This document shows positions 9,701 through 15,917 of a stretch of DNA of 19,656 bases, one piece after another; the first letter of the stretch is position 1; each line of letters opens with the position of its first letter. A program made the translations under genes and the position numbers. The notes under the pieces were generated by a model that was not told where the DNA came from, ran no database searches, and saw only the letters and a program-made list of their open reading frames with translations. The stretch is from an uncultured bacterium (GTDB taxonomy: Bacteria > SAR324 > NAC60-12), in contig CBFIJD010000048.1 in the NCBI GenBank assembly GCA_965662845.1, forward strand, positions 1 through 19,656, read 5' to 3'.

Positions 9701-10408
9701 ATGGGGAATGGCTTGCGTGGGTTGAACTTTGGTCCACTGCCTGGAGCTGAGAAAGAAGGGGAAGTGATTCAGGGGGTCACGCGGGACGGTCGCAACACGG
9801 TCTTCATTACGAAACGCGCTGCAGAAGAAGTGGAGCTGCGGAACTACAACCAAACCAAAGTTCCCGAAATCTTGCACATCGCAACGCACGGATTCTTCCT
9901 CAAAGAGCAAGAAAAGCTCGCGAAGCGCATCATGAGCATGACGCGTGGAGGCCAAACACCGGTCCCCCCCCCCGCAGACAACCCGTTGCTGCGAGCAGGC
10001 TTGGCTTTCTCGGGACTGAACGCAAACGCGCCGTTGCTGGGGGAAATCGACACCGATAACGACGGAGTGTTGACAGCAATGGAAGTGCTGGGCTTGAACC
10101 TCACAGGGACACGACTGGTGATCCTCTCTGCCTGCGAAACAGGCTTGGGAGAAATTCACGAAGGAGAGGGCGTCTACGGTCTCCGGCGCTCGTTTCAGGA
10201 AGCTGGTGTGGACTCTGTAATCAACTCGTTCTGGGAAGTCGCGGATGATGGTACGCAGCTGCTGATGATTAAGTTTTACGGGAAGTACTTAGAAGGCATG
10301 CCACCTCGCGAAGCGATGCGAGAGGCACGGTTAGAGATGGTGGAAGACTTCCGCTGGAGCGCTCCATTCTACTGGGGCGCGTTCGCAATGGTCGGGCGCC
10401 GCGAATAA
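6743..10408 (+). CDS. Signal-peptide-bearing TPR-repeat CHAT-domain (caspase/HetF-like) cysteine protease
   Basis: AGGAGG at 6731-6736 before ATG 6743, then MSQSPRIISLFCAALLATTTWLGA|QE, an acidic helical N-terminus and 13 TPRs. CHAT motifs LIPDSVLNVLPF, PLPGAEKEG, LHIATHGFF (His), LVILSACETGLG (Cys), SFWEVAD and PFYWGAF. Confidence 0.92.
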   Translation: MSQSPRIISLFCAALLATTTWLGAQENESAEEAISDTRNALEQAEEALQRTADTVEEAEEQAAAVEVESSEVPELTKVDDPVEQAKEWKRLYDDATQQFQSGQLDAGLQVAQQARLFADEKFGFKDERTLRSYLLLASFYEELSLLEEANATYQEALTVTMEQQGTNSHVLLDILDQYGRFFSKIGEYEMADVVYEKSYLLSGDLLGVQDPRTTYRLQTLGNNDVSLKRYDLAENRLRDALEIFETTLGRENINTVNVLGDIAQFYLAQGELRPAVKPLEEAYALRVSIQGENELDTLETKEDLAQLYRQLGRFDEAEPMFLEVVSAAESQLGVADPLTIEAKSHLAELYENVNNFEEALRLYQEVYETDLQILGESHPNVASDLNNLAGIYRRIGELQQAETSYRRALEIMTAALGEKAPQTIPIMNNLALILESQGLYDEAEPLYQKALGYSEELQGEKHPTSLALNNNIAMLYEAQGDFARAELTYQRVITLNKLVFGETHPNTVASINNLAYLYLVDQKPEQAEESFKEAFEIWSELYGEKHQDTLKALNNVGRVQHQLGEMDAAEETLNRALELRMELFGGKEHEDVLRSMNDIALLYVDLGREDDALELFQETLELQETVLGEHHPYTFETLNNLANLQYDLGNLEEAYEVRRVGYDRRNEFLNRILWVAGDNTRQSYIRLYRPELDAYIRLLIELDDERTAREMFDISLKRKGLLLKITSETQQVVRMADSPELNAITEELTAARKELAALTLSGPTPETRNNFPQMVSELENKVNNLQLKLGETSALFRESVREISVDEVIDSVGDDHALVDFFAYKSEDDEWSLSAVVVNDGELYFYNYEELEAFQDLIMELRDYMMDVTVVEDDIKPLSQELYEMLWDPLNEFLDGKEDIYLIPDSVLNVLPFDTLVDFDDTYLIQTLNLRWISSARDLATEPLEPVEGEVLIMAGPDYDSDDIATSPEATKISGKRSATVNSGIRMGNGLRGLNFGPLPGAEKEGEVIQGVTRDGRNTVFITKRAAEEVELRNYNQTKVPEILHIATHGFFLKEQEKLAKRIMSMTRGGQTPVPPPADNPLLRAGLAFSGLNANAPLLGEIDTDNDGVLTAMEVLGLNLTGTRLVILSACETGLGEIHEGEGVYGLRRSFQEAGVDSVINSFWEVADDGTQLLMIKFYGKYLEGMPPREAMREARLEMVEDFRWSAPFYWGAFAMVGRRE
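7106..8746 (+). repeat. 13 tandem ~42-aa kinesin-light-chain-type TPR repeats
   Basis: Period-42 pattern LG.(H)P.T...LNNLA..Y...G....AE..Y..AL, e.g. LGESHPNVASDLNNLAGIYRRIGELQQAETSYRRALEIMTAA. 547 aa = 13x42+1. Repeats are diverged. Confidence 0.9.
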
Positions 10409-10442
10409 TGCGTCGGCTCTCTCTCCCTTTCGAGACGATTTC

Positions 10443-11294
10443 GTGAATCGTCTGCTCATTCACGGAGGCGCTGGTCAATTAGAAGGCCGCGCCGCCTCTG
10501 CTCCAGAACTCGCCTCTGCCCTCCGCCAGATTCTCCAAGCGACGGTTCCCGTCCTCGCGCGCGACGGTGCTCGCGGTGCGGTGATTCACGCCGTCAGTGC
10601 GCTGGAAGAACATCCATATTTCAACGCAGGTACAGGTTCAAAACTCCAAGCAGATGGTCACGCGCGTTTGTCAGCTTCGCTGATGGACGGTTCGTCTCAG
10701 GTCTTCTCAGGAGTGATGAACGTCGAGCAAATCGCCCATCCCATCCAGGCTGCTGCACATCTGTCAAATCGACCGCACCGCGTGGTAGCAGGAGAAGCGG
10801 GGACGAGGCATTTGAGAGAGCAAGGCTTTCCAGAGCACGACCCGATCACAGAGTTTCGGCGCCAAGAATATCAGAACGCGGTCGCAGGGATGGCGGGGAC
10901 GGTTGGCGCTGTCGCGTTAGACGCTGCGGGTCGTCTGTGCGCAGGGACCTCGACAGGCGGTGTGGGAATGGAGCAGCCTGGCCGCGTGAGCGACTCTGCG
11001 ACCGTTGCGGGGAACTATGCCAGTCGCTGCGCGGCGGTATCCTGCACGGGGGTTGGAGAAGAAATTGTACAGTTAGCGGTCGCATCACGGGTGGTGGTGC
11101 GTGTGGAAGCGGGAACTTCGATCACCGATGCCGCCTCACAAACCATCACAGAAGGCAACGCGTTCGGCTATCGCTTCGGTTTGATTGGTTTGGATCATGA
11201 AGGAAGGTGGACGACCTCGCACACAGCAGGTGTCGACCAACTGTTTTACGCCGTGTTTGACGGAGAAACTGTGCAGACCTTCTGGAAGGACTAA
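10443..11294 (+). CDS. iaaA: Isoaspartyl peptidase / plant-type L-asparaginase (Ntn hydrolase)
   Basis: LLIHGGAG, LEEHPYFNAGTGS, autocleavage site G|TVGAVALD, TSTGG, GRVSDS, SCTGVGEEI. GTG start. Confidence 0.9.
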   Translation: MNRLLIHGGAGQLEGRAASAPELASALRQILQATVPVLARDGARGAVIHAVSALEEHPYFNAGTGSKLQADGHARLSASLMDGSSQVFSGVMNVEQIAHPIQAAAHLSNRPHRVVAGEAGTRHLREQGFPEHDPITEFRRQEYQNAVAGMAGTVGAVALDAAGRLCAGTSTGGVGMEQPGRVSDSATVAGNYASRCAAVSCTGVGEEIVQLAVASRVVVRVEAGTSITDAASQTITEGNAFGYRFGLIGLDHEGRWTTSHTAGVDQLFYAVFDGETVQTFWKD

Positions 11295-11296
11295 CT

Positions 11297-12307
11297 GTGT
11301 TTCGTTGGATTGGACGAATTGCGCTCCTCGCGATCATGATCACATCGGGGGCCTTCTACTGGAAATTGCAGCAAATTAAGCAGCCGATTCAACCGGAAGA
11401 GATCCCCAGGTGGCAGGTCCGCGAAATCGACCGGCAACAATGGGAGATTTACTCGGTTGATGAGCCGTCTCGTAAGACCACCGCTTGGTTCAAAAGAAAC
11501 CCTCGTGGGCTGGCTTGCGACACGTCCATCTTGTTGGCAGGTGTCAAGCAAGGAGACAATTTACTGAAGGGGAATGAGGGGCTCAACGATCCAGGGAACA
11601 CCGTGATCATGGAGCACCCCATCCAGCAATATGTGGCAGAGCGTCGGTGGGAAGAATATGGCGTGGGCGAGTGGTGGAACCTGGGAGAGCTCCTCCGAGT
11701 AGAGATGACCCACACGCTTGGCGCGCTGCAGGCTCTGCTGCGGCACACTCACCGGGGGCTCGATGGCGATGCAAGGTTCACAGAGAACGTTGTGCTGGCT
11801 GGAGGTAGCTTTGGCGCCCCGTTCACGGCGATTTTGACCAGCTTTGAGCCGGAGCAGGTCTCTGGATTGCTCCTGATTTATGCGTTCACAGATTTTCGAG
11901 GACTCTTCGAGCGCGAGTTTACGCGACAAGGCCGCATTCACTTTGGCTTGCCGCCGGAACCAGAATCGGTGGTCGACGTCCTCAAAGACGAGAGCCTGCA
12001 GCTCCTTTCGACGAGCCTCTCGTGGGTCCTCTCTACCCTGCTGAAATATGGCGAGCTGGAGCAATACTTGCCGCAAGTCAAAGAAACCCCGATGCTCTTC
12101 ATCAACGGCAAAAACGATTATTTGGTGCCACGAGCCGCCTATGACTTGATGTGGAACGCGGCGCCAGAACCCAAGGAAGAGATCTGGTTGCCGGGAGATC
12201 ACATCAATCCGGGAGATCCTCAGCAGGTCGTGAATGTAACGCGCTATATGTTTGAGTGGGGTGTGCGGCAGGGACTGCGCTCTTGTGAGGCCCTAACGCA
12301 GCAGTGA
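11297..12307 (+). CDS. Membrane-anchored/exported alpha/beta-fold hydrolase
   Basis: N-terminal hydrophobic segment, nucleophile elbow LAGGSFGA, acid region FINGKNDYLVP and His in LPGDHI. Starts 2 bp after the iaaA stop. Confidence 0.8.
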   Translation: MFRWIGRIALLAIMITSGAFYWKLQQIKQPIQPEEIPRWQVREIDRQQWEIYSVDEPSRKTTAWFKRNPRGLACDTSILLAGVKQGDNLLKGNEGLNDPGNTVIMEHPIQQYVAERRWEEYGVGEWWNLGELLRVEMTHTLGALQALLRHTHRGLDGDARFTENVVLAGGSFGAPFTAILTSFEPEQVSGLLLIYAFTDFRGLFEREFTRQGRIHFGLPPEPESVVDVLKDESLQLLSTSLSWVLSTLLKYGELEQYLPQVKETPMLFINGKNDYLVPRAAYDLMWNAAPEPKEEIWLPGDHINPGDPQQVVNVTRYMFEWGVRQGLRSCEALTQQ

Positions 12308-12309
12308 GG

Positions 12310-12852
12310 CTATTCCGACGCCGGAAGGAGCTCGGGCGGTGGGAGAAACTCGTCGTCTTTGGTAGAAAATTGCAGCAGAACTCCTGGCCGTGCTTGTTCT
12401 GGATCAGCCGTGATCGAAAAGGAAAACCCCTCATTGCGATAAACTTGAATATAATTTTGTGGCTGGTCCTCCTGAATCCACCCCGCGATCTCCCAAAAAT
12501 CGGGACTAAAACGCTGCGCATAATACACCGAAAGTCCTTCCAGAAGGTTTTCTAAGACGGACTGTTGCCACGATTCGACCTTCAACTCCAAGCCATTAAA
12601 CTGGCACTCTCCTGTGTTCTCATTGAACTGATAGCGAAACTGTAGGCGCTGCAAGTTAGGGTTGTCCTGAAAGCGCCGAAAGCCGCGTCCCTCCTGAAAA
12701 AAATCACAGGTTTCACGTTGTTCTTCTGTCGCCTGGGTGAAGGAGCGAGTCCGTAAACTCCCCGTTTCCGTGTCGTCCAACTCTATTTCGGTTTGGGCCC
12801 GTGCCAGCCCGAGCCAACTCCATAGCGCGATGCTCAGCGCAACAACCTTCAT
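12310..12852 (-). CDS. Hypothetical exported protein (180 aa)
   Basis: Signal peptide MKVVALSIALWSWLGLARA|Q and two Cys. Its ATG overlaps the upstream stop (ATGA at 12849-12852). No recognised family. Confidence 0.7.
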   Translation of the reverse strand: MKVVALSIALWSWLGLARAQTEIELDDTETGSLRTRSFTQATEEQRETCDFFQEGRGFRRFQDNPNLQRLQFRYQFNENTGECQFNGLELKVESWQQSVLENLLEGLSVYYAQRFSPDFWEIAGWIQEDQPQNYIQVYRNEGFSFSITADPEQARPGVLLQFSTKDDEFLPPPELLPASE

Positions 12853-13133
12853 TCTGCGTCAGGTAGAGGACGCGGTTGCGAACCGATGCGCGCAATGTCG
12901 GTCATGCTCAAGATTTTGGCAGGTGAAGGGCTCGATTCTACCGCGAAGCGGTGTAACTCAGGGTATTCCACGTTGGGGAATTGGGGACGCGGATGATTGG
13001 TGATCTCGTGAACGGTTTCTGCAGCGACGCGTCCCACGGCCTCTTCTTCGGGAGTGGGGGGCTGGAGATCCGGTTTTGCTGCATCAACAAGGCTCGGGAT
13101 CACGAATAACAAGGCAATTAGTAAGGTTTTCAT
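12849..13133 (-). CDS. Small Pro-rich hypothetical exported protein (94 aa)
   Basis: GAGGAG RBS (complement of 13141-13146), ATG at 13133 and signal peptide MKTLLIALLFVIPSLVDA|A. Coupled to the downstream ORF. Confidence 0.65.
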   Translation of the reverse strand: MKTLLIALLFVIPSLVDAAKPDLQPPTPEEEAVGRVAAETVHEITNHPRPQFPNVEYPELHRFAVESSPSPAKILSMTDIARIGSQPRPLPDAE

Positions 13134-13296
13134 CTCACAACTCCTCATGAAACGGCGAAAGCAACACGGAAGAAAGCGAATTCCTTCAAGATGCAGGGAA
13201 GTTGGCAAAGCGGCAAGCTTTGTGCGTTGATCTTGGCGAGAAAGCGACGCGTTGAATGAGCGGCAAATCTCCGAATTTATTGAGTTTCTCCAGGAC

Positions 13297-13326
13297 TTGA
13301 CACTCAGAGACGAACTAGGGGATAGT
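13297..13326 (+). promoter_or_regulatory. Candidate sigma70 promoter for the lapA-like gene
   Basis: Perfect TTGACA (13297-13302), 18-bp spacer, GATAGT (13321-13326; 4/6 to TATAAT). Confidence 0.45.
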
Positions 13327-13432
13327 AGCCGAATTTTTGACCGTACCTCAGCACTTCGGTGTCTCTACCATCACCAGTTAGGCAACCTAAGCATAGCCTA
13401 CTGACCATCCCTTTCCCCGTAACGAGGAAGCT

Positions 13433-13852
13433 ATGCGTTACTTGTGGCTCGTGATCTTTGCTGGCTTTGTTTACCTCAGCGTAATCTTCATCACACAAAA
13501 TCTGCAACCGGTCGTCGTCAACTTCAACATTGATGACATCGGCTTTGCTTTCCGCTCGGAACGCCCGCTCTTTGTGCCGATTTTTGTGACCTTGGCATTG
13601 GGCATCTTATTTTGTGTGGGATATTTCTTCAGCTATCACTCACGACTGCGAGTTCAGAACAAGACGCAATCGACGGAAATTCGACGCTTGAAGCGCCTGG
13701 TGATTTTGGAAAGAGAGAAGAAGCAGGGACTAGAACAGCGCAATCATGAGCTGCAGCAGATTGTGGAGCGCATGCAATACCAGCTAGATGAGAAAGAGTG
13801 GCAGGAAGAAGTCCGTCAACTTCCACAACAAACCGAACCTGAGCCAGCTTGA
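13433..13852 (+). CDS. LapA-family (DUF1049-like) inner-membrane protein
   Basis: GAGGA RBS. TM1 ends in IFITQNLQPVVVNF, followed by TM2 PLFVPIFVTLALGILF and a C-terminal coiled coil. This is the LapA architecture. Confidence 0.7.
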   Translation: MRYLWLVIFAGFVYLSVIFITQNLQPVVVNFNIDDIGFAFRSERPLFVPIFVTLALGILFCVGYFFSYHSRLRVQNKTQSTEIRRLKRLVILEREKKQGLEQRNHELQQIVERMQYQLDEKEWQEEVRQLPQQTEPEPA

Positions 13853-13858
13853 CGGGAG

Positions 13859-14386
13859 TTAGAAAACAAACGCGTGGTCAATGGAGACCATGACAGGTAG
13901 CAGTCGCTGTTCGAACTGCACAATCGCTTCGAAAGGTCGGTGAATCTCATCGACCAACCTCACCCTAGACGCGCCTTGAGGAATGATCGTTTGATTGAGC
14001 GTGTGCTTCAAACAGGCGTTCTTCCATCCCCCCGTGAACACCACATCCCGCACCTTGCGATAGTTGACCAGCTGTTGCCGCAACCGCCGCGCCTGATCGT
14101 TCACTCCGTCTACGTCCAGTGAAGGAATCACGACCACTTGCTCCCCCAACGACCTTAAAAAGGGTGGCGGGTGAAACTCGTTCTTGCTCAAGTTGAGTAA
14201 GAAGACATTCACGTTGTTGGCGAGCAGTCCCTCCAAGCGATCGAGCAGCTGTGCCTGAAACAAGAGCGGCTCAGGCACCTGAGAACTCACACGGATTGCG
14301 TACTCGTCTGCGTGCACGACCACATAAGCCAGACGATGATTTTCAGCAATTTGCTCCAGCGGTTCGGAGGTGGGCACAGTCAACAT
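13859..14386 (-). CDS. Divergent isochorismatase-like cysteine hydrolase (putative)
   Basis: VRDVVFTGGWKNACLKHT resembles the family motif vvv.G..t..CV..T (Cys125). The first strand reads LAYVVVHAD instead of LlviD. ATG overlaps the end of cheR. Confidence 0.5.
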   Translation of the reverse strand: MLTVPTSEPLEQIAENHRLAYVVVHADEYAIRVSSQVPEPLLFQAQLLDRLEGLLANNVNVFLLNLSKNEFHPPPFLRSLGEQVVVIPSLDVDGVNDQARRLRQQLVNYRKVRDVVFTGGWKNACLKHTLNQTIIPQGASRVRLVDEIHRPFEAIVQFEQRLLPVMVSIDHAFVF

Positions 14387-15216
14387 GACAAGGGTTTCCG
14401 ATAAAAGTAGCGATGAGATCGATCGAATTGTAGATGCGGCATCACACGATCAATCGGACGCGCAAGATTCAGAAACAAATATCCCCCCGGACGAATGGCC
14501 TCGTACAAACGCTGTAAGACTTGCTGTTGTATGGCGGGAGAGAAGTAGAACAACACATTTTTACAGAACACGAAGTCGAAGTCTCGCATTTGCTGCATGG
14601 CGGCGGCGTCTACCAGGTTGAGTTGACGGAAGGTAATGGCCTTCTTGAGCAGGTCATGCACCTGCAATTCTGTGTCGTGCTGCTCGAAGTATGTCTCTAA
14701 ATATTCTGTCGGAAGGACGCGTTCTGCCCGTTGATAACCATATCTACCTTGGCGAGCCGTCGCGAGAGCGTCTTGGTCGATGTCTGTCGCTGTGATGTGA
14801 AAATCAATCGGCTCTTCTTCTAACATAGCGTGCAGCACAATCGCCAAAGTGTAGGGCTCTTCACCGCTAGCGCAGGCAGCGGACCAAATTTGCAGCGTTC
14901 GATCAGACTGGCGATGCCGCAGCACATCTTGCAAGCAATCCTCAGCGAAACAAACCAACTGCTCATAGTCGCGAAAAAAGAAAGTCTCGTTGATCGCAAC
15001 CTCTTCGACCAGCGCGTTAAGCTCTGCCGCGTCTGGCGTTGGAGAGAGGAGACGTCGTAAGTACAGTGGGAGCGGCTGCGATTGGTGTGCAGCGCGTTGT
15101 TCGAGATAGCGCTGTAGATTGGGGCCGCGCTCGTCAGTGAGGAAGATGCCGCTGTGCTGTTCGATCAACTGAAGCAGCTGTTGCAGCTCTGTTGCCGAGA
15201 CTGAAGACCTGCTCAC
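14380..15216 (-). CDS. cheR: CheR-type protein-glutamate O-methyltransferase
   Basis: IEQHSGIFL, VAINETFFFRD, IWSAACASGEEPYTLA, ITATDID, FRQLNL, FDFVFCKNVLFYF, PGGYLFL. GTG start. Confidence 0.92.
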   Translation of the reverse strand: MSRSSVSATELQQLLQLIEQHSGIFLTDERGPNLQRYLEQRAAHQSQPLPLYLRRLLSPTPDAAELNALVEEVAINETFFFRDYEQLVCFAEDCLQDVLRHRQSDRTLQIWSAACASGEEPYTLAIVLHAMLEEEPIDFHITATDIDQDALATARQGRYGYQRAERVLPTEYLETYFEQHDTELQVHDLLKKAITFRQLNLVDAAAMQQMRDFDFVFCKNVLFYFSPAIQQQVLQRLYEAIRPGGYLFLNLARPIDRVMPHLQFDRSHRYFYRKPLSC

Positions 15217-15374
15217 AAAAATCCAGCGTCGCGGGCGTCGCGCTCAACTTCTTCAAAGTCCAAGGTGACCTTGTCTTGGGCGTCTTTCTCTGTATAGCCG
15301 CGCTGTTCGATGAGGAAGCGCTGTAGAGCGTATTCGAGGTAGGCTTGATATTCGCGGCTGTAGTGATTTTCCAT
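15213..15374 (-). CDS. Small hypothetical protein (53 aa), absent from the ORF track
   Basis: ATG at 15374 gives MENHYSREYQAYLEYALQRFLIEQRGYTEKDAQDKVTLDFEEVERDARDAGFL. Its TGA overlaps the cheR GTG (GTGA) and it fills the FKBP-cheR gap. Confidence 0.65.
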   Translation of the reverse strand: MENHYSREYQAYLEYALQRFLIEQRGYTEKDAQDKVTLDFEEVERDARDAGFL

Positions 15375-15392
15375 GAGCAAACTTTGGGTGGG

Positions 15393-15917
15393 TCAGGCAT
15401 AGCGATTGACCGATTTGGTCGCAGGTTTGTCGTCGCTTGCGGGGCGTTCCACACTGAGGACTTCGAGTTTGAAGATCAAGTCGGCATTTGGAGGGATGCC
15501 CGCATCAGACATCCCAAACTCACCGTAGGCCAGCTTTGCTGGGATCTTCAGCTGCAACTTGGTGCCAACGCGCACCCCCTCCAAGGCTCGGTCCCATCCT
15601 TCGATGACGTTCCCTTCGCCATGCACATAAGAGAAGGGTTTGCCCTTGTCGATGCTGCTGTCAAATTTAGTGAAGTCGGAGGCGAGCCAACCCTCATACT
15701 CAATGGAGACTTTGCTGCCTTTCTCGATTTTGTCACCCTTACCCGCCTGTTCAGTGTATATCAGCAGCCCGCCGCGCAGTTTTTTGAACGCCGCGTCCAT
15801 CGCGAGTTCGGGCTTTTCATTCTCTGCTTTTTTGCCATCTTGCCCTTCTTCAGGGGGTTCTTCGGGCGGAGTGTATTTGTTGGCGATGTTCACAAAAGCG
15901 TTGTTGCTGATCTTCAT
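15393..15917 (-). CDS. FKBP-type peptidyl-prolyl cis-trans isomerase
   Basis: VSIEYEGWL, FDSSIDKGKPF, VIEGWDRALEG, IPAKLAYG, IPPNADLIFKLEVL. ATG at 15917 overlaps the upstream TGA (ATGA). No signal peptide. Confidence 0.93.
   Translation of the reverse strand: MKISNNAFVNIANKYTPPEEPPEEGQDGKKAENEKPELAMDAAFKKLRGGLLIYTEQAGKGDKIEKGSKVSIEYEGWLASDFTKFDSSIDKGKPFSYVHGEGNVIEGWDRALEGVRVGTKLQLKIPAKLAYGEFGMSDAGIPPNADLIFKLEVLSVERPASDDKPATKSVNRYA

Noticed and set aside
6644..10408. CHAT protease as part of a CRISPR type III-E (Craspase) or other defence system; ORF-track start at 6644
   Set aside because: No cas genes, arrays or NTPase domain, and the protein has a signal peptide. The 6644 start overlaps lpdA, whereas 6743 has a perfect RBS.
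11561..12202. 213-aa - strand ORF (also 5089-5679 and 3910-4455)
   Set aside because: Antisense shadows of well-supported genes.
15134..15454. 106-aa - strand ORF bridging FKBP and cheR
   Set aside because: It overlaps both neighbours out of frame and has low-complexity composition. The 53-aa ORF at 15213-15374 fits the gap cleanly.
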